In this document: positions 37,508 to 47,467 of the stretch, one piece after another | Numbering within the stretch: the stretch's first letter is position 1 | How the letters are laid out: the number at the start of each line of letters is the position of its first letter | Virus record (IMG/VR): IMGVR_UViG_3300026183_000930 | Coordinates: 32,001 to 96,000 of that record | Reading direction: 5' to 3' (one strand) | Length of the DNA stretch: 64,000 nt | Source of the DNA: a virus | Made by a program: the position numbers and the translations under genes | The notes under the pieces: generated by a model | Databases searched by the model: none | The model's input: only the letters and a program-made list of their open reading frames with translations | Told to the model about the DNA's origin: nothing

Positions 37508-40222
37508 TTATCCAATTTCAAATATGGAATCAAAGTTATTAACATGTTGCGTTTCTTTTAATTCCCAACCCAATACTCCAATTAAGTTTTTAATTTTCTG
37601 ATCAATAATGGTTTTTTCCATTTCTTCATGATCAAATGGTAACTCTTTAAACCATCTTGGTAGATTCAGTTCATCAATTGGGTAAGCAATTGATGTATAA
37701 TTCATTGGATTGGGTTTGAGTTTACACACAATAACTTTTTGTCCATCCATAATAGGTAAACTGTATCTATCTCTGTAGGCTTTTCTAAGATCATTCCAAT
37801 TTAAACTGGCTCTAACATGTCCTGGCATAATTGGTTTTTTAATTGCATTAGTATTGTCCAAATTTGCCATACTTGCTGTTTGATTATTATATGCAGTAAC
37901 AATTCCCAAATACTTGGTCAAATTGTTTACTCGTTTAGGTGTTCCTTTTTCCCAACCGTCTCTTTTTCCAAATTCATTTTTAAAATCAGCAATCATATCA
38001 AAACAATCTTGTTTTGTTTTACCAATTAGTACCATTGTTAATAGTTCTTCAAGAAATCTCTGTACAAATTCTGGAGTATCTGATCTTTTTAGATCAACAC
38101 CCATTGCTTTTATTTTACCGGGCTTACCATCTATATCTTGTCTGTTGCCTTCTAAGTCATAAATTAATGCCGCATATCTTTTCTTTGTGATATACAATCC
38201 TGACTCAGCAACAATTTCTCTACCTGCTTGGATAATCTTACCTGCTTCTGTTGAAACATTAAATGAGTTAGTCATAAAACTTGGAAAAGAATTATTTACT
38301 TCATTACCAATTTGATCATACAGTGATATTACTGAATCTTTGGTCCATGGCACATGACCTGCTTCAACATCTTGCTTAACTGATGGATATGCACTAAAAT
38401 AAACTGAATCAGTGTCACCATATATAATTGATTCTCCAGTGTGATTATAATCATTGCAGATTATTTGGTTTGTTTGTGATGCCATGTGTTTTGTGATTGT
38501 TCTTCCTGACAGTGTTACTGATTGACCAATACGAGTATCAAAAAATCTACAGCCTGGATTTAGAATAGCACCATACAATGAATTCAAGTTAATCTTTTTA
38601 ACAAGTTGTCTTTTGTCCCAAAACTCTCGTTGTTTTTGATTTTCTGCTTCACGCATATTCTTTTGCATGACTTTTCTTTCTGAATACCAAAATTCAAGCA
38701 AACCAGGAACAACTGCTTTGACGTCAGTTCTAAAAATAGTACCATTAGCACTCAAGCACCAATCTTGTCCTGATTCAAAAATAATCTTATACCATTCTGC
38801 ACCACTTTTTGAATCTGAGAATCCATCTTCAAAATCACAAACAATTTCTACACCAATATCTTTTTCAATAACTGCTTTGTATTCTAATGTACCAAACAAA
38901 CCTTCCCAGGCATCTGCGGCTGACTTGCCTTCTTTCATTTTGTTGTCAATATACTTTTTAGTACTTTCTAATCTTAGTTGTCCTACAATGGTTTCCGGAC
39001 CCATATTCAAACTTCTAATCACACTTGGATACAGTGAGTTAATATCTAAACTGCCAATCCAATTGTGTAATCCTTTTTTAGGAAATGCCACATAGGCTCC
39101 AACAGCAGGTGTTGTATCAACATTGTCACCTTTCTTTCTGTCTGGAATAACAAATCCTCTTTTGTGTGATTCATTGATAATTGCTTGTTCAGTAACTGCT
39201 ACAGCACCCATTGTAGTTTGTAGTAGCACTGTGTTAGCATGAGCCAATTCATTTGCTAGATCAATAAATTTTAATTTGTCATCAAGTTTGGCCAACAATG
39301 CCACGTCTTGTCTTGAATATGCAATAAACTTTTCAAAGTCATTGTTATATAACTGATCAAGTGTGCCATCATATGGAACTTTTTTTTCACCAATTTCATA
39401 ATCACCAATTGCATCAAGTCTATATGAATGCATTTCATGATATGTGTATTTTCTGTACAGTTCTAGATAATCTAAATGCACACGACCAATCAAGTCGTAT
39501 GTTTCTTGCTCGTTACCATATTTGATGTATTTTCTTTTTCTTGGATATTTGTCCCATAAGCAATATCTTGATAGATCAGCTCTGCTGAGAATCAATTGTG
39601 TCCTGTTAATAATGTAAGGAATATCAAATCCTTCTGAGTTCCATCCACTCAATATATCAGCGTCATCAATAAGTTTTAAAAACATATCAAGAAGTTCTTT
39701 TTCATCATGACACAACACAGTGTTGTCATACTTGACTGAAATTGCTTCTGCTATTTCTTGATCTAATTTCTCAGGTTTCAAACACAAAGTGATCAATCGT
39801 TGATCTTCAGGTAACCAATTCAAATAGAGTGTTATGGCTGTGATTTTTTCATGTGGATCATGTGCAGGTGCAAAACCTCTATCTTTGTTGAAGTCTACCT
39901 CAATATCAAAAAAGCACACATGAGGAACAGGAGAATCAATTCCCAAATAGTTTTCTTCCAAACATCTAAAAATTGGGTTTATATCAGATTCATGCAGTTT
40001 TTGATGACTGTATAGTTTTCTTTCTCTATCAAATTCTTTGATATGTTTTGTTGAAAATCTTGACACTGGTCTACCGTATATTGATCTGTGTTTTCCTTTT
40101 GGATCTGGATAATAGAAAACATAGTTTGTTGAGTATTGTCGATATTCTCTTTTGCCTTTTACTCTTTCAACTACATTAATTCTGTCTTTGTCTCTTTCCA
40201 GAAATGCATCAATATAACTCAT
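37508..40222 (-). CDS. Family B DNA polymerase
   Basis: Exo FDIE, GWNSEGFD; Pol LDINSLYPS, KINLNSLYG, YGDTDS. Confidence 0.97.
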   Translation of the reverse strand: MSYIDAFLERDKDRINVVERVKGKREYRQYSTNYVFYYPDPKGKHRSIYGRPVSRFSTKHIKEFDRERKLYSHQKLHESDINPIFRCLEENYLGIDSPVPHVCFFDIEVDFNKDRGFAPAHDPHEKITAITLYLNWLPEDQRLITLCLKPEKLDQEIAEAISVKYDNTVLCHDEKELLDMFLKLIDDADILSGWNSEGFDIPYIINRTQLILSRADLSRYCLWDKYPRKRKYIKYGNEQETYDLIGRVHLDYLELYRKYTYHEMHSYRLDAIGDYEIGEKKVPYDGTLDQLYNNDFEKFIAYSRQDVALLAKLDDKLKFIDLANELAHANTVLLQTTMGAVAVTEQAIINESHKRGFVIPDRKKGDNVDTTPAVGAYVAFPKKGLHNWIGSLDINSLYPSVIRSLNMGPETIVGQLRLESTKKYIDNKMKEGKSAADAWEGLFGTLEYKAVIEKDIGVEIVCDFEDGFSDSKSGAEWYKIIFESGQDWCLSANGTIFRTDVKAVVPGLLEFWYSERKVMQKNMREAENQKQREFWDKRQLVKKINLNSLYGAILNPGCRFFDTRIGQSVTLSGRTITKHMASQTNQIICNDYNHTGESIIYGDTDSVYFSAYPSVKQDVEAGHVPWTKDSVISLYDQIGNEVNNSFPSFMTNSFNVSTEAGKIIQAGREIVAESGLYITKKRYAALIYDLEGNRQDIDGKPGKIKAMGVDLKRSDTPEFVQRFLEELLTMVLIGKTKQDCFDMIADFKNEFGKRDGWEKGTPKRVNNLTKYLGIVTAYNNQTASMANLDNTNAIKKPIMPGHVRASLNWNDLRKAYRDRYSLPIMDGQKVIVCKLKPNPMNYTSIAYPIDELNLPRWFKELPFDHEEMEKTIIDQKIKNLIGVLGWELKETQHVNNFDSIFEIG

Positions 40223-40278
40223 AGATTTTTTGCCCTTGTTTTTATTATATTAACAGTTATAATAAAAGTTGTCAACTG

Positions 40279-40548
40279 TTATTTGATATTAAATGCTTTG
40301 GCTAACTTCTGTGGTTCCATACCATCTATCTGGTACACTTGTTCTGATGTGAAATCTAAATATTCTCCATCTGCAATACTTCTGCCACGAAAGTGTGAAT
40401 CATCAATAACTGACTCAACGGCAAACACTCCTTTAACAGGAAAAGGCGTACTGCCAAACCCAGTCACAGTATGCTCCACTTCCATTTCAGTTTCTTGTTT
40501 GATGATTTTATTAGATACTAGTTTCTTAATTATTTGTTTTTTATCCAT
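40279..40548 (-). CDS. Hypothetical protein
   Basis: IDGMEP.KLA motif. Confidence 0.65.
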   Translation of the reverse strand: MDKKQIIKKLVSNKIIKQETEMEVEHTVTGFGSTPFPVKGVFAVESVIDDSHFRGRSIADGEYLDFTSEQVYQIDGMEPQKLAKAFNIK

Positions 40549-41143
40549 AGTCTTTTATTTCCTTTATTGTGATTGCCTTTACTATTTTTACATTTTCAGA
40601 TGCTAACTTGGCCAACATCAGATCTTTATCATCCAAACAATACAGTTTTGGATAACAAACAAAAGGAGAATAAACACCTTTTGCCATCATTGTTCCTTTG
40701 TTTTCTACTGCTAATCTTTTTACTCGCTGTGTTGTTTCATCATCAGCCATGCCATAGTCAACAAAATATCTATATTTGTTATAGTACAAAGAATTTTTAA
40801 CTGCATGATTATCAGACTTGAGTACTGATAAATGATAATCATTTACCGGACCTTCGATTTTCATTTCTTCTTTGTCAAATATAGAAACAATTCTTTTTAA
40901 CATTTCAAAATTTTGTATATAATACCAATTTGTATCTCCTCTGTTACCCCATGCCACTTCTGGATACAGAATTGATGCTGTTATATCTCTATCTGGATCA
41001 AACCAGGATTCTCTTGCTATGTCTAAAACTTCGCTAAATTTTTCAGTTTCGTAACTTGTTGTTTCTAAAGTAAAGTTACGAGTTCTTGTGACTCTATAAG
41101 GATACTTTGTTTTGAAAAGTTTAGTGCTTGGTTGTATTTTCAT
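40541..41143 (-). CDS. Hypothetical protein
   Basis: 200-aa ORF. Confidence 0.65.
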   Translation of the reverse strand: MKIQPSTKLFKTKYPYRVTRTRNFTLETTSYETEKFSEVLDIARESWFDPDRDITASILYPEVAWGNRGDTNWYYIQNFEMLKRIVSIFDKEEMKIEGPVNDYHLSVLKSDNHAVKNSLYYNKYRYFVDYGMADDETTQRVKRLAVENKGTMMAKGVYSPFVCYPKLYCLDDKDLMLAKLASENVKIVKAITIKEIKDYG

Positions 41144-43352
41144 ACTTGATAACTAGTTCTCCGTTTGCTTCGTCTACAATTACTTTTCCGCCTGTTATTA
41201 GTTTACCAAACAACAATTCTTTAGACACTGGTTTTTTAATGTGCTGATCAAACACTCGTTGCATTGGTCTTGCACCCATTGATGGATTATAACCTTTGTC
41301 CAATACCCAACGTTTTGCATTTTCAGTCATTTCAATTGTTATTGATTTGTCTTCTAACAGTTTATTAGTTTCATTTAAATTTTTATCAACTATACGTAAA
41401 ACATTTTGTTTATCAAGTTTAACAAACTTAACTATTCCATCAAGTCTGTTTCTAAATTCTGGTGTGAAGAATCCTTTGATATAGTTATCGTCTTCACCTT
41501 GTCTATCAGTTTTACCAATTCCCATTGGTGGTTTTTCACTTTCTGCGGCACCCAAATTTGATGTCATAATCAAAATAACTTTTTCAAATGAAACAGTTTT
41601 GCCTGTTGATGATGTTAATCTACCATCATCCATTACTTGTAGTAATACTTGTAATACTTCTGGTGCGGCTTTTTCAACTTCATCTAGCAATAGCACACAG
41701 TTTGGATTGTCTTCTACATCATTGATTAGTTGTCCTGATCCTGTTGACCCTTCTGCATAACCCACATATCCTGGAGGTGCACCAATCAGTTTTGATGTTG
41801 AATGTCTTTCTTGATATTCACTCATATCATATTTTAATAATTTAATACTTAAATTGTCAGCAAGTTGTCTACAAGTTTCAGTTTTACCAACACCAGTTGG
41901 TCCTACAAACAAATAAGATCCAATTGGTTTGTTTGAAGGTCTAAGTCCTGCTTTGGCTATCAAAATACTGTCTACTAAAGTTTCTATTGCTGTGTCTTGG
42001 CCAAAAACTTTCTTCTTTACATTGCCTTCTAAATCAGCATAATGATCAGTTTGTTTGATATTAATCATTTCAATTGGCACTTTGCTGATTCTACTAACAA
42101 CGTTTTGTGCAACATCTAAAGTCACTATTGGCTTGTCAGCCAATTTGGTTCTCACTGCTGATGCATCTAACACATCAATTGCTTTGTCTGGAAAGAATTT
42201 GCCGTGTATATGCTTTTCACACATGTCAACAATTTGCTCAAGCACACCTTCTTCAAATTTAACTTCATGAAATGCTTCATAAACTGGTGCAATGCCTTTG
42301 ACAATTAATTTTGTATTCTCAACATTAGGTGGATCAATGTCATACTTTTGAAACCTACGCATTAATGCTCTATCTTTTTCAATGTTTTCTCTGTATTCTT
42401 CAGGAGTAGTTGCACCAATACAATTTAGTTTTCCTCTAGCAAGTAATGGTTTTAAAAGATTTGCCAAATCCATGTTACTACTTCCGGCTGTACCGGCTCC
42501 TGTTATCATGTGTATTTCATCAATGAATAAAATGATATCATCTTTTTGTGCTAAAGTATCAAGAACTAATTTAGCACGTTCTTCAAAGTCACCTCTATAT
42601 TTTGTTCCGGCAACAAGAGCACCAATATCTAAAGAAAAAACTGATTTGTTTAACAATGGTTTAGGTACATCTTTTTCTATAATCTTTTTTGCCAGTCCTT
42701 CTGCAATAGCAGTTTTACCAACACCCGGATCACCAACTACAATGACATTATTCTTTTTACGTCTTGCTAAGATATGAGCTATATCATCAATTTCTTGACT
42801 TCTACCTATGATGTCATCGATGTCACCTTTTTCAGCAACTTCATTTAAATTTTGACAGTATGTTTCAAACTTACCAGAATTCTCTTCAGCAGTTCCCATG
42901 GCTTGTTCCATGGCCTGTTTATTGATTGCATCTTTGGTAATAAACTGTACTAATGAATTTCTTGTGACTCCGTGCTTTTTTAAATAAAATAATGCATAAC
43001 TTTGTTTTTCACTCATGATACTTACAAGAATATCTCGTGGCATCAAAGTTTTTCTTCCAGAAAAAATAACCTGTGTCACTGCTCTATTAAACACTCTTTC
43101 AGTTGCTTGAGTTTTTCTAGGCTTTGAACCATCATGAACAATGTCATTCATGTTTTGATCTAAATGATTAACAATATCAATTTTTAAAGCAGTCACATCA
43201 GTTTTTACTTCTGCTAAAATTTTACCTATTAATGGTTCTTGTAACAGTGATAACAATAAATGTTCCAGTGTTATGTATTCATGATTTCGATCAGAAGCCA
43301 GTTCGGCCGCTCTGTCTAATAATGATTCAATTCTATCTCCGTCTGATGCCAT
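41121..43352 (-). CDS. clpA: ATP-dependent Clp protease ATP-binding subunit ClpA
   Basis: Clp N-domain HEYITLEHLL; GDPGVGKT and GPTGVGKT; no long ClpB middle domain. Confidence 0.92.
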   Translation of the reverse strand: MASDGDRIESLLDRAAELASDRNHEYITLEHLLLSLLQEPLIGKILAEVKTDVTALKIDIVNHLDQNMNDIVHDGSKPRKTQATERVFNRAVTQVIFSGRKTLMPRDILVSIMSEKQSYALFYLKKHGVTRNSLVQFITKDAINKQAMEQAMGTAEENSGKFETYCQNLNEVAEKGDIDDIIGRSQEIDDIAHILARRKKNNVIVVGDPGVGKTAIAEGLAKKIIEKDVPKPLLNKSVFSLDIGALVAGTKYRGDFEERAKLVLDTLAQKDDIILFIDEIHMITGAGTAGSSNMDLANLLKPLLARGKLNCIGATTPEEYRENIEKDRALMRRFQKYDIDPPNVENTKLIVKGIAPVYEAFHEVKFEEGVLEQIVDMCEKHIHGKFFPDKAIDVLDASAVRTKLADKPIVTLDVAQNVVSRISKVPIEMINIKQTDHYADLEGNVKKKVFGQDTAIETLVDSILIAKAGLRPSNKPIGSYLFVGPTGVGKTETCRQLADNLSIKLLKYDMSEYQERHSTSKLIGAPPGYVGYAEGSTGSGQLINDVEDNPNCVLLLDEVEKAAPEVLQVLLQVMDDGRLTSSTGKTVSFEKVILIMTSNLGAAESEKPPMGIGKTDRQGEDDNYIKGFFTPEFRNRLDGIVKFVKLDKQNVLRIVDKNLNETNKLLEDKSITIEMTENAKRWVLDKGYNPSMGARPMQRVFDQHIKKPVSKELLFGKLITGGKVIVDEANGELVIKYENTTKH

Positions 43353-43355
43353 ATG

Positions 43356-44195
43356 TTATTTCAACTTTCTTAATTCATTTAGTATATTATTATTTAAACC
43401 TTTTGGTGTGAAAGGTTTTAATACAACATAAAGATCGCCATAAGTTCCATTTGGCTTGGGCATGCCTTTACCTTTAAATCGTACAGTTTGTGTTGGTTGA
43501 CTTTCTTGTGGTAAATCCCAAGAAATTTTTTCTCCAGAAATATGATCTAAACTGATTTTACTTCCTAACAATACGTCTATTACACTTATTTGATAATCCT
43601 GATATAAATCAAAATTTCTTTTTACATAAGTTGGGTGATTCATAACTGTTAAATGTATCATTAAATTTCCTGGTTGTAGTTCTTTATAACTGTGATCTCC
43701 TAACCCTCGTAATCTTATAATAGTTCCTGTTTCAGCATTGGCTGGAATTTTTACTGTGACTTTCTTTTGACCTGAAGGTGTGTCTATTGACAATATTTTT
43801 TCTTCTTGTGTATAAATGTCTTCTATTCTGCATTGTAATGATAGTTTAATGTCTCTGTTACGCAAAGGTCTACGAAAAGGTGAGCCAAAACTGCCTCCAA
43901 AAAATTCTTCAAACAGATCTCCAACATTTTCAAAAACCTGTTCTCCGTTTCTGCCATATGAACTTCTACGAAATCCTGCTTGTTGCGGATCTGTGGTACC
44001 ATATTGATCATACATTTTTCTTTTGTCTTTGTTTGATAAAATCTGATATGCTTCATTGATATCTTTGAATTTTGCCTCATCGCCACCTTTGTCAGGGTGA
44101 TACTCGGCGGCTTTTTTTCTAAAAGCTCGTTTGATATCAGACTCTGATGCTGACTTGTCAATTTCTAAGATGTTATATGGATTTATCATACACAT
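43356..44195 (-). CDS. DnaJ/CbpA-like co-chaperone (no Zn finger)
   Basis: J-domain HPD; C-terminal GKGMP..GDLYV. Confidence 0.92.
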   Translation of the reverse strand: MCMINPYNILEIDKSASESDIKRAFRKKAAEYHPDKGGDEAKFKDINEAYQILSNKDKRKMYDQYGTTDPQQAGFRRSSYGRNGEQVFENVGDLFEEFFGGSFGSPFRRPLRNRDIKLSLQCRIEDIYTQEEKILSIDTPSGQKKVTVKIPANAETGTIIRLRGLGDHSYKELQPGNLMIHLTVMNHPTYVKRNFDLYQDYQISVIDVLLGSKISLDHISGEKISWDLPQESQPTQTVRFKGKGMPKPNGTYGDLYVVLKPFTPKGLNNNILNELRKLK

Positions 44196-44224
44196 AATAT
44201 AACATGAATTTGTAAAAAGTCAAG

Positions 44225-44611
44225 TTATTTTATGTCTTTTTCTGTGGTTTCAGAATTGTAATCTTCGTAATACTTTTTGTATTCTTCCAACAGTGTGTTT
44301 GTTTCTTGAAGTTTTGCTCTGATCTGTGCAAAGTTTTTGGCCAATAACTCATAGTCCTTGTCTGATAGACCAAACAGCACAGGATCTAAACCTTGTTCTG
44401 CCATTTTGGCAAACACTTCATCTGCATTGTCACTGTGGATAATTATCCATTGTATTTGCTCTAGTTGTAAAGGAGTAGGCAATTCATAATTTAATTGTTG
44501 TCTTGGTTCTTCAACTTGAAATATTTTTATTTTCTTTTCTCCGCCAATTGAACAACCAGTAAGTAAAACTGCTGTAACTAATATCAAAATAATCTTATTC
44601 ATATGGTACAT
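44225..44611 (-). CDS. Putative o-spanin lipoprotein
   Basis: Lipobox LTGC; overlaps i-spanin. Confidence 0.65.
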   Translation of the reverse strand: MYHMNKIILILVTAVLLTGCSIGGEKKIKIFQVEEPRQQLNYELPTPLQLEQIQWIIIHSDNADEVFAKMAEQGLDPVLFGLSDKDYELLAKNFAQIRAKLQETNTLLEEYKKYYEDYNSETTEKDIK

Positions 44612-45068
44612 AAGAAGGATTTGCTAGTGCCGGACATTCTGGATTAATTTCCGACTTTTTAGTTGCCTTCAACTCCTCTTCAGTGTGTGGTGCACCTGAT
44701 GCCAATTCTATACATCTTATGGCATTGTCAGATCCTTTGTTGAATATTCTTTCAACTGGTGCTGTTTTTTCAATTGCCAGTTTGCCCACGTCTCTTTTGC
44801 CTTTGTTGAATCTTTTGTCTAGTTCATCTAAATCTTTTTTAAGTGTGTTGATCAACTTGTTCAACTGTTTGTTAGATTCTAGTATCTCTTCAAAATCTTG
44901 TTTTTGTTTTTGCAGTAATTCTTTTTGTGATTCTACACTACGTTCAAGTTCAATTTGATTGGCTTTTAGTATAGCATTGTCAGAACGCAACTTCATCACA
45001 TATAGTCCTGCACCTGCAATAGATGAGATTATTAATCCTACCAAAATGATTTTAACTGTGCTGAACAT
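44595..45068 (-). CDS. Putative i-spanin
   Basis: N-terminal TM, long coiled coil, C-terminal Cys. Confidence 0.65.
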   Translation of the reverse strand: MFSTVKIILVGLIISSIAGAGLYVMKLRSDNAILKANQIELERSVESQKELLQKQKQDFEEILESNKQLNKLINTLKKDLDELDKRFNKGKRDVGKLAIEKTAPVERIFNKGSDNAIRCIELASGAPHTEEELKATKKSEINPECPALANPSYVPYE

Positions 45069-45862
45069 TACTTGTTCCTTTTATCTAGTATTTCTTTCAA
45101 AGTGTTATAATATTCACTCACTGAGTGATCTCTTAAACCATCACCAATTCTTGAAAACTGTCCTCTAAACCAATCTAAAAATAGCCCCCAAGCATTTTTG
45201 CCACCAATAAAAATTTTCTTTCTTTGAGAAAGATAACATAACCTACCAATGTGTCTGAAACCCATCATAGCCAAAGGTACTTTTGTTACAACATCATTGT
45301 TGTTTCTCACACGCCATACAGGAGTTTTAACAAAGTCTTTGAAATTCCAAGCACCGACTCTTGGTCCACCATATGTGTAACAACATCTAATAGTAAATCC
45401 TTCTTCGTCTTCTAATCTGTTTGTAGATATCAATGCACCTGCACCACCTAGTGAATGACCAGTAACATAGATATCAAACCAACTGTTGCTGTTTCTGTTT
45501 ATGATTTCTTTTATGTAATTACGAAGTTTTGGATAAACTTTGTCTACATACTCTTTGAAACCTCTGTGTACACTTGCTTGGTGTCCAACAACTTTTCTAA
45601 ATTTCAAATCAGCAAGTATGTCTTCCATTTCAGATACTTCTGTGCCTCTCCATGTAATAAAAATTTTTTTCTCAGTGATTGAATAAACAACATAACACTG
45701 AGTGCCGTTGTTTTCTATCATTTGATATTTGTATTGTCCTAATCCTAAGGCTCTAATTTTATGTATAAAAGATTTTGGTGTAAAATAAGCCGCTTGTGAT
45801 AAACCAGCAAGTTTGACTGCTAATTCAAGATCAAACTCTTTTTTGTGTTTAATATCTTCCAT
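45068..45862 (-). CDS. Lipase class 3
   Basis: WRGTE, VHRGF, GHSLGGA, GGPRVG, DVV..VP, DHS. Confidence 0.9.
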   Translation of the reverse strand: MEDIKHKKEFDLELAVKLAGLSQAAYFTPKSFIHKIRALGLGQYKYQMIENNGTQCYVVYSITEKKIFITWRGTEVSEMEDILADLKFRKVVGHQASVHRGFKEYVDKVYPKLRNYIKEIINRNSNSWFDIYVTGHSLGGAGALISTNRLEDEEGFTIRCCYTYGGPRVGAWNFKDFVKTPVWRVRNNNDVVTKVPLAMMGFRHIGRLCYLSQRKKIFIGGKNAWGLFLDWFRGQFSRIGDGLRDHSVSEYYNTLKEILDKRNK

Positions 45863-45864
45863 TT

Positions 45865-46155
45865 TTATTTTTTTTCAAGTTTGTCAAGTCTGTTTTTGAT
45901 ATCTTCAATTTCTTTTGTTAGTTGTGGATGTACTTTTCTCCAAGCACCCAAATCTTGATTTAACCAAGTCCAGCCATATCTATCTCTAAAGAAATCAATT
46001 GTTGCGTCCCATTTACCATATACCCAAATTGCCGCTCTAGTGTTACGCATATAAGCAATAAACAATGCACCAAATGTTGCACCAGCCAATGCTGTCCATA
46101 TCCACAGTCTGTCTGTGAACATTGCATTGATCATTGATGTAATATATTCCCACAT
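45865..46155 (-). CDS. Small membrane protein
   Basis: One TM helix; in lysis cluster. Confidence 0.6.
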   Translation of the reverse strand: MWEYITSMINAMFTDRLWIWTALAGATFGALFIAYMRNTRAAIWVYGKWDATIDFFRDRYGWTWLNQDLGAWRKVHPQLTKEIEDIKNRLDKLEKK

Positions 46156-46164
46156 GACTGTTTT

Positions 46165-46332
46165 TTAATTTTTTATTGCTTTGTAAATTTTATATAAACC
46201 GTATGCTAGTCCGCCATATGCTAAAAGTTTTGCCAAAGGACCAAACACAATTACTATTAAACAGAAAAGAACAATACCTATGCCCTCAACTGATTCAAAA
46301 GATTTAATTTTTTCTAATATACTGTTAATCAT
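46165..46332 (-). CDS. 55-aa two-TM protein, holin-like (not in ORF track)
   Basis: MINSILEKIKSFESVEGIGIVLFCLIVIVFGPLAKLLAYGGLAYGLYKIYKAIKN; RBS AAGGAGA. Confidence 0.5.
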   Translation of the reverse strand: MINSILEKIKSFESVEGIGIVLFCLIVIVFGPLAKLLAYGGLAYGLYKIYKAIKN

Positions 46333-46341
46333 AACTTCTCC

Positions 46342-46746
46342 TTATTTGACTTCTATTTCAACCATTCCGTTTTTATAGAATTCAACATTCCATTTATCAA
46401 TTGAAACTACTTGTTTAATGTCTTCTAAAACTTTCATAAAAGAATCAGTAAGTGTTTCGTCTCTGTGCATCTCAACAAACACCAAATAATTACCTTCTTC
46501 ATCTGGTGATGGAGAAACTTCTGTATCAAGAATGTTGTGAGCACCTCGCTCAATAAAACTTGCCAAATCTTGTGCTGGATCCAAATCTTTTACATAAAAA
46601 GACACTACCACCACATTTTCAGGTGAGCCACTTTTGGGTTCAAAATCATCCACAGTAATCTCTGGAAGAACAAGGTCTTCCAAATCACCAGGTCTAAGTC
46701 CCTCAAATATCTGTTTCTGATGCGTTTCCAGATTGTCTAGTCTCAT
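46342..46746 (-). CDS. Hypothetical phage protein
   Basis: 134-aa ORF. Confidence 0.65.
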   Translation of the reverse strand: MRLDNLETHQKQIFEGLRPGDLEDLVLPEITVDDFEPKSGSPENVVVVSFYVKDLDPAQDLASFIERGAHNILDTEVSPSPDEEGNYLVFVEMHRDETLTDSFMKVLEDIKQVVSIDKWNVEFYKNGMVEIEVK

Positions 46747-47203
46747 CGTTTAATCCTTTTTGTTCACCTTTAACAATTTCTTCTTGATCTAATTCATTTT
46801 TGTCATAAATCATAACATATTTTTTTGGTACTCTAATTTTAACAACCCAAACAGGTATTTCATCTATTTTTGGCTTTTTAGTGCCTGGCTCATAGTCATC
46901 TGGCGTTTTGATTCTTCTGGGTTCATTGTAATGATCTTCTCTAAAAGAAACTTTACATTTTTTATCAGTTAGTCTTTCAGCACCCATTGGGTTTGGCATT
47001 TGTTTATAAGGGTACATAATTGATACTTCGCACCAATATCTTGACAGATGTGGTCCATCAACTATTTCGCCTTCCATCCAATTTTCGTAAGAGTACACAT
47101 TTAAATCGTCTAAAAACTTGTCAAATTCAATTAACACATCTAACAATGACGCATTTTTGTGAATTTGATAGTGATTGTGTACAGTATCGTTAATGTTTAT
47201 CAT
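46703..47203 (-). CDS. Hypothetical phage protein
   Basis: ATAAATA-N5-ATG; NWMEGEIVDGP, MPNPMGA. Confidence 0.7.
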   Translation of the reverse strand: MININDTVHNHYQIHKNASLLDVLIEFDKFLDDLNVYSYENWMEGEIVDGPHLSRYWCEVSIMYPYKQMPNPMGAERLTDKKCKVSFREDHYNEPRRIKTPDDYEPGTKKPKIDEIPVWVVKIRVPKKYVMIYDKNELDQEEIVKGEQKGLNDETRQSGNASETDI

Positions 47204-47234
47204 ACAAGTATTTATCCAAAAAATACTATTTGAT

Positions 47235-47465
47235 TTATAACGATGAAGCGTCTAGCTCAATTAATTGGGTATATCCGCCTATGCTTTTGTCATCAATGTA
47301 TATTTGAGGCATAGTTCTGTGCCCTTTACTGATAACAAAATCTCTTGCTTCTGTATTTTCTTCAATATTAACTTCTTCAAATTGAAGGTTTTTACCTTTT
47401 AACCAACTTTTAGCCATTGAACAGTAACCACAACTGTTTTTTGTGTATACTTTAATATTTGCCAT
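47235..47465 (-). CDS. Glutaredoxin
   Basis: CGYC, TMPQI, IGGY. Confidence 0.92.
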   Translation of the reverse strand: MANIKVYTKNSCGYCSMAKSWLKGKNLQFEEVNIEENTEARDFVISKGHRTMPQIYIDDKSIGGYTQLIELDASSL

Positions 47466-47467
47466 TT

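Noticed and set aside
37508-40222. Intein or intron in the DNA polymerase
   Set aside because: Continuous 904-aa ORF of ordinary length with no splicing motifs seen.
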